A stretch of DNA of 64,000 nt from a virus, in IMG/VR virus record IMGVR_UViG_3300031133_000417, positions 970 to 64,969 of that record; one strand, 5' to 3'. Made by a program: the position numbers and the translations under genes. Shown here one piece after another: positions 45,545-54,827 of this stretch. How positions within the stretch are numbered: position 1 is the first letter of the stretch; the number at the start of each line of letters is the position of its first letter. A model generated the notes under the pieces. The model searched no databases, was not told where the DNA came from, and worked only from the letters and a program-made list of their open reading frames with translations.

Positions 45545-45622
45545 AATAGTGAGGTTAAGGCGAGGCGATTGACCAGATCAAGGGCTGTTTGCGACCTCGC
45601 CTTTGGATTTATAATTGAACTA

Positions 45623-46381
45623 TTAAAAATTTGAGGTTATGCCGAGCATGCTCTCGATGATTCGAACAGTGTCCGGAGCGAAGTCTTTGCCATACATCCA
45701 TTGCAGGTATCCATGATCATTCTTGGCTTTTACACCGCGTTTGCTGCCGAAGTTGAAGACGATGTCGCCGTCCTTATCAATCGTAAACTTGCCGGAGAGA
45801 TCCAGTACTGGCTTATCATGGTTGCAATACAATGCAAGGCTATCAATGTCAGAAGGTAGGTCTGTGTACTTTTCCAGTTGCTTTAGGAAAACAGATACGG
45901 TGGCGTTGATATCAGCTGCAGCACTATGCGCATTTGCCAGTTCATACTTGCAATAGAATTCGACTGCTGCAGCAAGAGTGCGCGGCTCTTTACGCTTGAA
46001 TATGTTACCGCAGTCAATGAACCTGATGGTTGAATAATCGAATGCGAGGCCTGCTCTAACAAATTCATTGTAAAGCATAGGGATGTCAAACTGGTTACTA
46101 TTAAATCCTCCGAAATCACAATGGTTGAGGATGGCCCAGATATTTAGACTCAGGTCAATAAAGGTTGGCTCACCAGCAACCATGTCATTTGTAATGCCAT
46201 GAATGGCAGTTGCCTCTGGAGGTATTAACATTTGAGGATTGATCAACCAGGAGAAATTCTCAGTAGTGTAATCAGGATAGAGTTTGCAGATAGCTAATTC
46301 AACTATTCTGTCGTTTGCTGTGTCTAAGCCCGTTGCCTCTATATCAAAGAAGGTTATGGGGCGGAAAAATTGGAAACTCAT
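45623..46381 (-). CDS. DnaQ-like 3'-5' exonuclease (DEDDh)
   Basis: FDIEATG, FNSNQFD, HSAAAD; likely start at 46381. Confidence 0.9.
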   Translation of the reverse strand: MSFQFFRPITFFDIEATGLDTANDRIVELAICKLYPDYTTENFSWLINPQMLIPPEATAIHGITNDMVAGEPTFIDLSLNIWAILNHCDFGGFNSNQFDIPMLYNEFVRAGLAFDYSTIRFIDCGNIFKRKEPRTLAAAVEFYCKYELANAHSAAADINATVSVFLKQLEKYTDLPSDIDSLALYCNHDKPVLDLSGKFTIDKDGDIVFNFGSKRGVKAKNDHGYLQWMYGKDFAPDTVRIIESMLGITSNF

Positions 46382-46391
46382 GAATTTTGCT

Positions 46392-47126
46392 TTAATATGG
46401 GGTTTTGTTAAAATTGATCTCCAAACCTTTGGAAGCCACATTTACTGTTTTAACAGTTTGTTCCTTTATTTCCCGTTTGAATTGATCAGCATTGCTGTTA
46501 CTGTCACTTAGGTGGATCAGAAGGATATTGTTGACCTTGCTGAGGTCGTTTGCTTTTAAAAACTCTTTGCAGGTAGCCAGGCTCATATGTGATTTAAGCA
46601 CCCGATTCCTGAGAAATTCAGGTGTTGCGCCGGCAGCAACTTTTGCATCCAGAATATTCTGGCAATAGTTTGCTTCAATAATCATATTGTGCAGGCCCGG
46701 GAAGGTATATTCACAGAAGTATGTATCTGTTAGGAATACAAACTTGCCGGTTTCCGAATGCTCAATCATAAAGCCCAGGCAGGGTACATCATGCTGCAGT
46801 GGGAATCCCATGATTTTAAAATTTCCGATGTTAAAGGATGTCTCGGGTCGTATGTATTTTAATCGATGACTTTTGAAACCAAATGTTTCCGCTGTTTCCT
46901 TTAGGCAGTGCACATTAATCCCGGCGTTTACAGCTTCCCTTACCCCTTTGCAGTGATCTTGGTGAGAGTGGGATACAATGCATCCCACTACCTTTTTAAG
47001 ATTGAAATTTAACGATTGCTTGATATCGCCGAATTTGACACCGCACTCAATCAGCAGCGCTTCATCGTCGTTATGGACGATGTAAGCGTTGCCTATGGAC
47101 CCTGAGCTGACAACTTTAAGTTTCAT
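46392..47126 (-). CDS. MBL-fold metallo-hydrolase (YycJ-like)
   Basis: SGSIGN, SHSHQDH, HDV, HMS, LIHLS motifs. Confidence 0.9.
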   Translation of the reverse strand: MKLKVVSSGSIGNAYIVHNDDEALLIECGVKFGDIKQSLNFNLKKVVGCIVSHSHQDHCKGVREAVNAGINVHCLKETAETFGFKSHRLKYIRPETSFNIGNFKIMGFPLQHDVPCLGFMIEHSETGKFVFLTDTYFCEYTFPGLHNMIIEANYCQNILDAKVAAGATPEFLRNRVLKSHMSLATCKEFLKANDLSKVNNILLIHLSDSNSNADQFKREIKEQTVKTVNVASKGLEINFNKTPY

Positions 47127-48049
47127 TAGAAAGGGGCTCTACTTTTTGGTGCAGCAGCTGGTCCGCCAGAGATATCCGGGGTTTGTTGTGCATTATCAAA
47201 ATTGGAATTAGGTTGTATAGCTGATTTAAGCGGTTCAGGTTCTTTTTTATCAATTACCACCTGGGCTTCTTCAAATACTAACTCTTTTTTATTTGCTTTC
47301 TGATCAATGATATTGTGAACATTGGCAGCTTCGGGATCTGTAACCAGCAATGACGAATCGTCTGAGGATCCTGATTCGATTTTCAGGGCCCGACCAATAA
47401 CTGTCTTCTCACACATCTGATCAGGGAAGTTTTTGTGCGCTGGGGAATTACCTTTAGATCCCCCCTGTGCCCAGGCTTTATGTATTTGTCCAAGTGACAT
47501 GATCTCACTATCCGAGGTGCCATCATTATAGTTTACGATGGCATACGCTCCAACAATTTCATCAGGATTAACATTGCCCAGCGACTGTTCGTGCTTTACA
47601 ATCTGTTTTCTTCCGGTAGTGTGATCAATTGAGTAATGAAAGTCATCCTGTTTATAAACTGTGACTGCATTAACCTCTTTAACGTTCGCATTCCTTTTAG
47701 CGATCGCAATCTTTCCGATATAGCTTTCTTCAAGTTCCAGTTTGTTGCCATAAACAACAAAGTAACATTGCTTTTTTACTACGCTAAGACCTTGTGTGAC
47801 CATTTCTAAGAAAGCATTTGCAATACTTTCCATGGTGCATACTTCCAGAGCTGGTTTCTTGTTGAGGTCTACCGTTTGCTGCAAAACTAACCACGCTGAT
47901 CTTACGGCGTTTTCTGGAATGTAGTTAGGGGGGAGTACTAACTCACCTGCTGACTGAAAGTCACTGACCCTTTTCAATATTGAATCCACAGTACCTTCTG
48001 CGAATTTTTTAACAGCCTGTTGCTGCTGTGGTGCTACTTCTGTTGACAT
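47126..48049 (-). CDS. recT: RecT-family single-strand annealing protein
   Basis: GLSVVKKQCYFVVYG, IVGAYA, MCEKTVI motifs. Confidence 0.85.
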   Translation of the reverse strand: MSTEVAPQQQQAVKKFAEGTVDSILKRVSDFQSAGELVLPPNYIPENAVRSAWLVLQQTVDLNKKPALEVCTMESIANAFLEMVTQGLSVVKKQCYFVVYGNKLELEESYIGKIAIAKRNANVKEVNAVTVYKQDDFHYSIDHTTGRKQIVKHEQSLGNVNPDEIVGAYAIVNYNDGTSDSEIMSLGQIHKAWAQGGSKGNSPAHKNFPDQMCEKTVIGRALKIESGSSDDSSLLVTDPEAANVHNIIDQKANKKELVFEEAQVVIDKKEPEPLKSAIQPNSNFDNAQQTPDISGGPAAAPKSRAPF

Positions 48050-48077
48050 ATATTTGTTTTTAAATATGAGTAATTGA

Positions 48078-50033
48078 TTAAGCTACCCTGAGCGTCTTGT
48101 CGTCTGGTGACACGATCAGGTTAATTATCTGGCTTTTTATCTCAGGAATTAGAGTTACAGATTCGCGGTTATCTAAGAAGATAGGAGCAGAAAGGTTATA
48201 GTGCTTGCTCAGGGTATTGATGATATCTATACCCGCCCAGATCTTTCCGGCAGTATTAAGGTCAGAAAATGGAACTCCTTGATACATTGTTTCACAAACT
48301 TCAAACTCATCACCGTCAATCTTTTTATCGAACAGTTTGAAGGTGACATCCCTGAACATTCCATTAATACGTCCCTCGGTAGTTTCTATCTTGGCACGAT
48401 TGAAGTCATCAATAGTAAATTCAACACCCTCCAGGTCAGCAATCTGTTGGGCAAAATTACTTTCGTCGTTCTCAAGATCGGCTAAACGTTTCAAAGCGGC
48501 TTCTCTTTGATTTTTAGTGGAAAGCTGTTGTTTTAGAATGTCGATATCCGCATTCAATTCTGTCCTTTTTTGATTAAGGTCACTCAAATCAATCTGGGGG
48601 CTTTGAGGAATAGTTGTTTCCAGCAAGAGCAGCTGATCACTTAGCTCTGTGTATTTTTGATTATTTAAAAGAACCTCTGCTAAAGTTTTTACCGGTCCAG
48701 AATTATTTATATCAAACTGGGATAGCTCAACCCGTGCGTCGTTGAGCTGGGTATTTAATGCTTGTAATGATCTTTCAAGATTTGCAACAAGATCATTTGT
48801 CTCCTGCACTTCTCCTTTATGCCCGGCAGCTAAAGCCTCAATTTTGTGTAGGGAGGTTTCTTTACTTCTGTTGAAATTTGATTGTAACTCAATTTTTTTT
48901 GATTCAATATCAGCCTGCTCTAACTCTCTTTTACAGGTAGGACATGCGAATTCCCCATCATCATACTTAAGCTCAGATTCGTTTTGCTCAACCCACCTAT
49001 CACGTAGAGTATTTGTTATTATAGAAAGTTCATCAACTTTCTTCTTGGAGGAAGCTATTAATAAGCTTTTGCTTTTAGTATCCCTTTCAAGGGAATCAAT
49101 ATTGTTTTGTAATTCTACACGCTTATTCCTAACATTATTTTCCTTTGTCTGAATATCAGATTTGACATCAAAGGTCAGCTGATTAATGCTGGATTTCAGG
49201 CCATGTATCTCCGATTGAATACTTTGTATCTTTTTGTAATCAGCATCATAAGCTGCGTTACGATCATTCATTGCCCCCTCAACAGTATCAATTTCAGCCT
49301 TTTTTATCACGATCTCAGATTCAATAGCCACATAATCCACTATTTCGGGCATAGCCCTTTGCAGCTCATCAATACGGGTAGGAATAGCCTGCAAGTCGTC
49401 TTTCAATTTCTTCTTTTTAGCAGAAACCTCACGTTTATATTCCACAAGACTTTTGTTGCTCAGAGAAGCCATTAAGGCCATAAACTCTGGACGACTCCCA
49501 GCGATATCCGTATCAGAGACATTGCCCGCCAATTCAAACAGGATATTCCTGCGTTCAGTCCATTTCAATGTGTTAAAATGGTTTGGGTTTGTCAGCAGTT
49601 TCAAGGCTCCTTCAGCTATAATTGAATCAATTTTGGCTTGGTACTCCTTTGCTTGCATAGGCACGTCATGGCAATAGAATAAGTTTTCATTGCCAGTATA
49701 AACCTGATCCTTCTGGCCCTTAGGTTTGGTCCACTTCTCACGGAATACTCTTTTGAATACATCCTGGTTGCTGCCAGTAGTAACAAAAACTGATACCTCG
49801 TGATCACCACGATTCAAGGACGTGTCGGCAGTGTTTTTAATATTAAAGTCTTTTCGGTCCTGACTATCCTTTCCGTACAAAACCCAGTACCAAGCATCAG
49901 CAATTGTTGTTTTGAAACCGCCGTTTTGCGCGTAGATGTTTGTGACTTTGCTGAAGTTGATCGTAAGATCCTTGACTCCTTTAAAATTGTGAATGATCAT
50001 TTTATCGATGAACATCGTTTTTGAATTTTCCAT
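48078..50033 (-). CDS. SMC/Rad50-like coiled-coil ATPase
   Basis: NFKG.K N-terminus, CPTC zinc hook, LNTAGK signature, PIFLDNRES Walker B; atypical Walker A. Confidence 0.85.
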   Translation of the reverse strand: MENSKTMFIDKMIIHNFKGVKDLTINFSKVTNIYAQNGGFKTTIADAWYWVLYGKDSQDRKDFNIKNTADTSLNRGDHEVSVFVTTGSNQDVFKRVFREKWTKPKGQKDQVYTGNENLFYCHDVPMQAKEYQAKIDSIIAEGALKLLTNPNHFNTLKWTERRNILFELAGNVSDTDIAGSRPEFMALMASLSNKSLVEYKREVSAKKKKLKDDLQAIPTRIDELQRAMPEIVDYVAIESEIVIKKAEIDTVEGAMNDRNAAYDADYKKIQSIQSEIHGLKSSINQLTFDVKSDIQTKENNVRNKRVELQNNIDSLERDTKSKSLLIASSKKKVDELSIITNTLRDRWVEQNESELKYDDGEFACPTCKRELEQADIESKKIELQSNFNRSKETSLHKIEALAAGHKGEVQETNDLVANLERSLQALNTQLNDARVELSQFDINNSGPVKTLAEVLLNNQKYTELSDQLLLLETTIPQSPQIDLSDLNQKRTELNADIDILKQQLSTKNQREAALKRLADLENDESNFAQQIADLEGVEFTIDDFNRAKIETTEGRINGMFRDVTFKLFDKKIDGDEFEVCETMYQGVPFSDLNTAGKIWAGIDIINTLSKHYNLSAPIFLDNRESVTLIPEIKSQIINLIVSPDDKTLRVA

Positions 50034-50060
50034 TTTGCTTTAAAATATTAGGGGTGAGAA

Positions 50061-50183
50061 CTATTTATTTAAAATCGCCTCTGAGGCGATCCGCATAGCT
50101 TTGCATTCCGCCTGCATCGCCAGTATCTTATTGTACACTTGCGTGGCAAGCGTGAGCAATTCCTGTTTATCCTTTTTTGACAT
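50061..50183 (-). CDS. 40-aa helical micro-protein
   Basis: MSKKDKQELLTLATQVYNKIL...; overlaps the upstream ORF; below the track cutoff. Confidence 0.5.
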   Translation of the reverse strand: MSKKDKQELLTLATQVYNKILAMQAECKAMRIASEAILNK

Positions 50184-50376
50184 TGAGAAATAATCTATAG
50201 TAAGCGGCCATTTTTTCTGAGAGCACAGGTTCGTTGTGCAATTGTTCTTTGATGTAGTTTGTCCAGTTATTAAACCCTTCCGTGGATTTATCGTAACTAT
50301 ATGGGACGAATGTTTTAGAGATCGCCAGCACTTTTGGCTGGTTACCTGCTGTTTGGTTTGATGACTGATTAATCAT
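50167..50376 (-). CDS. Hypothetical protein
   Basis: 69-aa ORF in the early operon. Confidence 0.6.
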   Translation of the reverse strand: MINQSSNQTAGNQPKVLAISKTFVPYSYDKSTEGFNNWTNYIKEQLHNEPVLSEKMAAYYRLFLNVKKG

Positions 50377-50448
50377 AACTTTGCGTTGCTTTAAAATGTT
50401 AAGGGGTAACTCTTGACTATTTGCCCCGGGTTGCTGCCCAGGGCATTT

Positions 50449-50739
50449 TTATTTTCTTCTTTTTGATTTGTAGTAATCCTCTTCGATGAAGGCATCCAGG
50501 TCTTTCCTCTTGAAAATAAGCTTTCCACCTTTTGTGCTGCAGCCTATGTCGAACTTATGATCTGTTATCCAATCCCTGCTAAATCCTGTGATATCCATTA
50601 CTTCTTGAGCAGTCAGGTATGGCCTTTTGGACTGTTTTAATTCATCTGCCATGCCCTCAACTCTGTCACTTAATTTTTCTATCTTAGAAATGAGAAGCAG
50701 GACTGCTTCTGTTTCGATGATCGATACTCCAGTTATCAT
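50449..50739 (-). CDS. Excisionase-like HTH (MerR/HTH_17) protein
   Basis: PYLTAQEVMDITGFSRDWI...GGKLIFKRKDLDAF. Confidence 0.8.
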   Translation of the reverse strand: MITGVSIIETEAVLLLISKIEKLSDRVEGMADELKQSKRPYLTAQEVMDITGFSRDWITDHKFDIGCSTKGGKLIFKRKDLDAFIEEDYYKSKRRK

Positions 50740-51017
50740 TTTTTGATCTTAAAATAATTTCTGCACATATATTCATCGACATCTTCTTTCTTGAACCTAA
50801 GGCACCCACCGACAGTGGTAAATCCTATATCCTGCTTATTAGCGGTAACCCATGACTTGCCAAATCCAGTTATTTCCATTACGTCCTCTGTAGTCAAGTA
50901 AGGCTTATATGCACCTTTTAATTCCGACATGGTAGAGTTTACCATCTCAGCGAGAATGGCGACTGATCCAACCAAATCTTTTAAGGTCTTTGTTTCTACA
51001 AGTGATATTCCTTCCAT
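50736..51017 (-). CDS. Excisionase-like HTH protein (paralogue)
   Basis: PYLTTEDVMEITGFGKSWV...GGCLRFKKEDVDEY. Confidence 0.8.
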   Translation of the reverse strand: MEGISLVETKTLKDLVGSVAILAEMVNSTMSELKGAYKPYLTTEDVMEITGFGKSWVTANKQDIGFTTVGGCLRFKKEDVDEYMCRNYFKIKK

Positions 51018-51268
51018 TATTTATTCCTCCAAACTTTTAAGTATTCAAAATCCCTTTTCAGCTTCACGTTGCCGAGAACCTCTTTAATCGTCTCGTATTC
51101 CCTATCAGGGAACTCTATGCGGATATCTTTGCTAATCAATGGCGCTACCTTCATTCGGTCTGCATACCAGAAATAAATAGGCTTCTTTATCTCATCCAAT
51201 TTCCTTAGTGGCCCTATCCAAGTGAATTTCTCCTTTGGAGCCTCAATCACGTTCACTACCATATCCAT
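51017..51268 (-). CDS. Hypothetical protein
   Basis: 83-aa coupled ORF. Confidence 0.6.
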   Translation of the reverse strand: MDMVVNVIEAPKEKFTWIGPLRKLDEIKKPIYFWYADRMKVAPLISKDIRIEFPDREYETIKEVLGNVKLKRDFEYLKVWRNK

Positions 51269-51843
51269 TTTATTATTCCTTTCTTCGTTGCGAAATACAC
51301 ATATTCGGCCCGGGTGCTCATGCCGGTTTTAGCTTTCATGTTCTGCCAGTGCTTTTTTAAAGTAGAGATTGAGATAAATAGGTCGTCAGCGATCCTCTTA
51401 TTGGAAAGCATTGCCTTTTTAAGGATGTTAACTTCCATTTTCGTAAGCGAACCATTCTTTACCTTGATACTGCAGCATAGTTTTCCTTCCGCTTTACAAG
51501 CCCCTCTGAAACCACAATCGAAATATTCTGATTCACCCATATTACCATTCACATCGATATCTGGATTAGGGTCTAATCCTCCGTACTTGCAAAAGGCATA
51601 GTGCTTCAGGTAATCTTCTTTTGTAATACCTTTCATTTGGCTAAGGGAACGCATGGCAATCGGGTTCTTAGCAAGATCCTGCTCAAGCTTTAATTTTATC
51701 CATTCTGGGAATTCAGAGAACGAATTGTAGACGATTCCCATATTAATGCACCTGACGTCAATTATCCCCTTCTCTGCGAAGAACTCGACGCCGTTATCAA
51801 TCATGCCGGCGAAATGGTTGTTTTTGTATTGAGCTGTTAACAT
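51256..51843 (-). CDS. LuxR-type HTH regulator (first early gene, Cro position)
   Basis: C-terminal LTKMEVNIL...SNKRIADDLFISISTLKKHWQNMKAK; Cys cluster upstream. Confidence 0.8.
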   Translation of the reverse strand: MLTAQYKNNHFAGMIDNGVEFFAEKGIIDVRCINMGIVYNSFSEFPEWIKLKLEQDLAKNPIAMRSLSQMKGITKEDYLKHYAFCKYGGLDPNPDIDVNGNMGESEYFDCGFRGACKAEGKLCCSIKVKNGSLTKMEVNILKKAMLSNKRIADDLFISISTLKKHWQNMKAKTGMSTRAEYVYFATKKGIIKWIW

Positions 51844-51914
51844 ATAGTCCTTTATAAGTATATGCCTAGTAGGCGTTTTATATTATCTTTGTTGTGTTGT
51901 ACAATACAAATATG

Positions 51915-52005
51915 ATTAGAAATATTTTCTATTGCAATAGATTATTAGACATTTAATCTAATAAAACCACATCTATCTGATTATTAGATAGATTTATTTT
52001 CTATT
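51915..52005. promoter_or_regulatory. Three CI operator-like sites (A/G)(T/A)TAGA-N7-TCTA(T/A)T
   Basis: 51915-51933, 51944-51962 and 51987-52005, between the divergent switch genes. Confidence 0.65.
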
Positions 52006-52752
52006 ATGAGTATCAAAAACAGAATTAAAGAATTCATATTATCATTAGGGATTGAGACTAAGGCATTTGAAATAGCTGCCGGACTATCAAATGGCTTCGT
52101 AAATAATATTGGGCAGAGCATAAGAGAAAAGTCTATGAATCAAATTCTGTCAGTTTACCCGGAACTCAATAGAAATTGGCTTCTAACTGGGGAGGGCAAC
52201 ATGCTTGTACAAAATTCAAAATCTAACGCAATCGATCTCGGAGAGCTACCGAGCAATTTTGAATTAGATGAGACTCCATTTATAGAATTACCAGGAGGAG
52301 ATATATTAATGGTATTTCCACTAGTGGAAGAATCTGCCTATGCAGGTTACTTAAATGGTTACGCCGATCCAGAGTTTATAGAGCAGAGACCAAAACATAG
52401 TTTGATAGTGCAGAAGTACCATAAGGGATTATATAGAGGATTTGAAATAGTCGGAGATAGTATGGACAATGGTACGATTGAAAGTATTCCCGACAAAAGT
52501 AAAGTCACAGGCAGATTTTTAATGCACCACCATTGGGAGAACAAATTACACCTTCATAGGTATAAAGATTTTATAATCGTCCATAAGACAGATGGTATTA
52601 TTGCAAAGCGTATAATAAAACATAATGTCGAAGAGGGAATAATTTTAATTCACTCTCTCAACCCAGATAAGGAGTCCTATCCAGATAAGGAAATACACTT
52701 GAATGATGTAAAAGAATTATATAATATAATTGACGTTTCGATAAGAAGATAA
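52006..52752 (+). CDS. CI-like repressor (HTH + S24 peptidase)
   Basis: N-terminal HTH, LNRNWLLTGEG linker, GDSM and IAKRI catalytic motifs. Confidence 0.9.
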   Translation: MSIKNRIKEFILSLGIETKAFEIAAGLSNGFVNNIGQSIREKSMNQILSVYPELNRNWLLTGEGNMLVQNSKSNAIDLGELPSNFELDETPFIELPGGDILMVFPLVEESAYAGYLNGYADPEFIEQRPKHSLIVQKYHKGLYRGFEIVGDSMDNGTIESIPDKSKVTGRFLMHHHWENKLHLHRYKDFIIVHKTDGIIAKRIIKHNVEEGIILIHSLNPDKESYPDKEIHLNDVKELYNIIDVSIRR

Positions 52753-52762
52753 ACAAGATGAA

Positions 52763-53320
52763 ATGAAATTACTAACTACATTAATTCTAAGCTGTGCAAC
52801 CTTAATAGCATCAGCACAAGAATTTAAGCCAGATAACAATACCGTAAGTGCGTTTAAAGACCAGCCAGCTCACCTTCTTGATACTGTAATTACAAGCACT
52901 CTTACAAAACAACAGCTTTATAGCAATTCGCTATCCTACATTTCATCTTCGTTTAGAAATAGCAAAAAGAGCATAGAAAGTAAGGATTTAGAACTTGGGG
53001 AACTTTCCTTCGTAGGATCGGCTATTGTTTCTGTGCAGGACAGTAGTGAACAAAAGCTTAAAAAGAAAACTGTATATGTTCACACGGATCGCGACTTGAC
53101 TCTACACTTCAAATGCAGAATATATGTAAAGAACCAGAAAGCCAAAATTGTCTTGTCATCTTTAAAGTATGATTACTATATATCAGATGATCAATCAATA
53201 AGGATAGCCCCGACCCGCTCTGATGTCTTCAAGGGTAATGATGTAGCAGCTACATTGGCAATAGATATTATCAAGGACATTGCATCGTCTTTGAATAAGA
53301 AGCCTGAAAACGAATTTTAA
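52763..53320 (+). CDS. Exported DUF4468-like protein
   Basis: Signal peptide; LTKQQLYSN..YI and F.C.I.VK..KAKI pattern. Confidence 0.65.
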   Translation: MKLLTTLILSCATLIASAQEFKPDNNTVSAFKDQPAHLLDTVITSTLTKQQLYSNSLSYISSSFRNSKKSIESKDLELGELSFVGSAIVSVQDSSEQKLKKKTVYVHTDRDLTLHFKCRIYVKNQKAKIVLSSLKYDYYISDDQSIRIAPTRSDVFKGNDVAATLAIDIIKDIASSLNKKPENEF

Positions 53321-53332
53321 TACAGAAAAAAC

Positions 53333-53677
53333 ATGCAAGACTTAAAGGCAATTGGAGCCAGAATAAAATCATTTAGGCAATCACGCAAGATCACTCAAGA
53401 CAATCTTGCTGAGGAAACCGGCTACAATAAGAAAACCATATCTCTATTGGAGAATGGGCATAGGGCACCCACGCAGAAATTACTTTCATACCTTTCAGAA
53501 AAATACAATCTTGACCTGGACTGGGTAGCCTCCGGAAAGGGAGATCAAATCAACGATCGAAAGGCTGATCCGAACTCAGCTGCAAACTTGCACGCGAAAA
53601 TTGTTGAAATGGAAATTGAATTGAGAGAGGTGAAGAAAATGATGGAGCAAATTTTAGGTAAAATTCAGCAGCTATAA
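53333..53677 (+). CDS. XRE-family HTH regulator
   Basis: ITQDNLAEETGYNKKTISLLENG. Confidence 0.85.
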   Translation: MQDLKAIGARIKSFRQSRKITQDNLAEETGYNKKTISLLENGHRAPTQKLLSYLSEKYNLDLDWVASGKGDQINDRKADPNSAANLHAKIVEMEIELREVKKMMEQILGKIQQL

Positions 53678-53686
53678 ATAGAATCA

Positions 53687-53767
53687 GTACACCATCTGTA
53701 CACCGTTCAAAAAAAAATCCTCTAACTCACTAATATTGTATTAGTTTGTTAGAGGATGCGTGGTCCC
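53687..53767. other. Probable att junction: GTACACC arm-type repeats, terminator hairpin and GTGGTCCC core
   Basis: GTACACC at 53687 and 53698; ATCCTCTAAC/GTTAGAGGAT hairpin with a minus-strand T9 run; GTGGTCCC resembles the reverse complement of a tRNA 3' end. Confidence 0.5.
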
Positions 53768-53883
53768 CGAGATACAGGACACGAACTTTTTTATAGATGA
53801 TCTGCGTAATGCAGCTGGTTTAGAGGATGATTCTTTTAACCCTCTCCCGCCTGGATTGACCGGTTTATAGCACCAAAAAAATC

Positions 53884-53914
53884 AAAGCCAGTGGGAAATT
53901 CCACTGGCTTTTTT
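53884..53914 (+). terminator. Intrinsic terminator (bidirectional-capable)
   Basis: AAAGCCAGTGG-GAAATT-CCACTGGCTTTTTT. Confidence 0.7.
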
Positions 53915-53960
53915 GGCTCTGAGCCGAAAAGAACCAGTTAGCGCTATCAAGGGGCAATAA

Positions 53961-54710
53961 TTACAATAATATATAGTGAGCTGCTCGCCCTGCTCCCTTT
54001 CTTTCAATCAGTCTCTTTTCAATCAATCTGTTCAGCATTCTTTTAGTGGTAGCGGTAGACTTCCCCAGCTTCTTGGTGGTCAGTGAAGTTCTGATCCCCT
54101 GGTGTTGCTCAATGATATGAATGAGAAGTTTTTCAGTGAAGGTCAATTCTTGTCCAATTCCACCAACATCTATCTTTTGCAGGAAGTTTAATTGTCCGTC
54201 CCTTAGAACTGACAGAAAATAAAACATCCATTCATTTATGTCCAAGTTGTCGAGGGGAAGCCATTTGATGTACCTTGCCCAAACGTATCCCGATTTGATC
54301 AGTGTCAGCACTGCCGCCCTTACCCCGATCTCATGATCGGTTTGCAGGATAGGGGCAATGAGTTGTACATAATAGCCAAATAGGACGCACCTAAATAGCG
54401 GATGGATTTCCATTTCTGTCTCATACCAAAATATCAAATCTTTAAGATCGGCCAGGGCATCAGCAGTTACCGATTCACTACTTCCCTCAAGTCCCGCTAA
54501 AAATAGATCCTCAACGTTACTGCCAAGCCAGGAATTTTGGTCAACTGCCGCTATGGCCAATTCCTCCAGCACATTTTTTTCCCTCTGGCGGATCGATGGC
54601 CATGTGGCATCGAACCTTTCGATACCGCTCATCAGATTAATCAAAAGCCAGTTAAGCCGAAGCAGATTGACATGGGTCTGTATTTCAATTTCAAGTTTCA
54701 TAAGCATCAT
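53961..54710 (-). CDS. Degenerate Fic-family protein with C-terminal wHTH
   Basis: IERFDATW N-terminus and HPLFRC helix, but the HPFxDGNGR motif is replaced; C-terminal HTH LIERKGAGRAAHY. Confidence 0.65.
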   Translation of the reverse strand: MMLMKLEIEIQTHVNLLRLNWLLINLMSGIERFDATWPSIRQREKNVLEELAIAAVDQNSWLGSNVEDLFLAGLEGSSESVTADALADLKDLIFWYETEMEIHPLFRCVLFGYYVQLIAPILQTDHEIGVRAAVLTLIKSGYVWARYIKWLPLDNLDINEWMFYFLSVLRDGQLNFLQKIDVGGIGQELTFTEKLLIHIIEQHQGIRTSLTTKKLGKSTATTKRMLNRLIEKRLIERKGAGRAAHYILL

Positions 54711-54827
54711 ATATGAATATGCACATCTCTGAAAAACCGTTTTCCAAAGATGGGTGTGGATGGGGAGACAAATCGGGTTCTAGACCTATTCTCCCCAATA
54801 AAACAATAAATTCGATTGTAAAAAAGG

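Larger units (their letters stand above)
1..53767. mobile_element. Temperate siphovirus-like prophage (left end lies outside the window)
   Basis: Contiguous integrase, lysis, tail, head, terminase, replication, recombination and CI modules. Probable att junction at about 53760. Confidence 0.95.
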
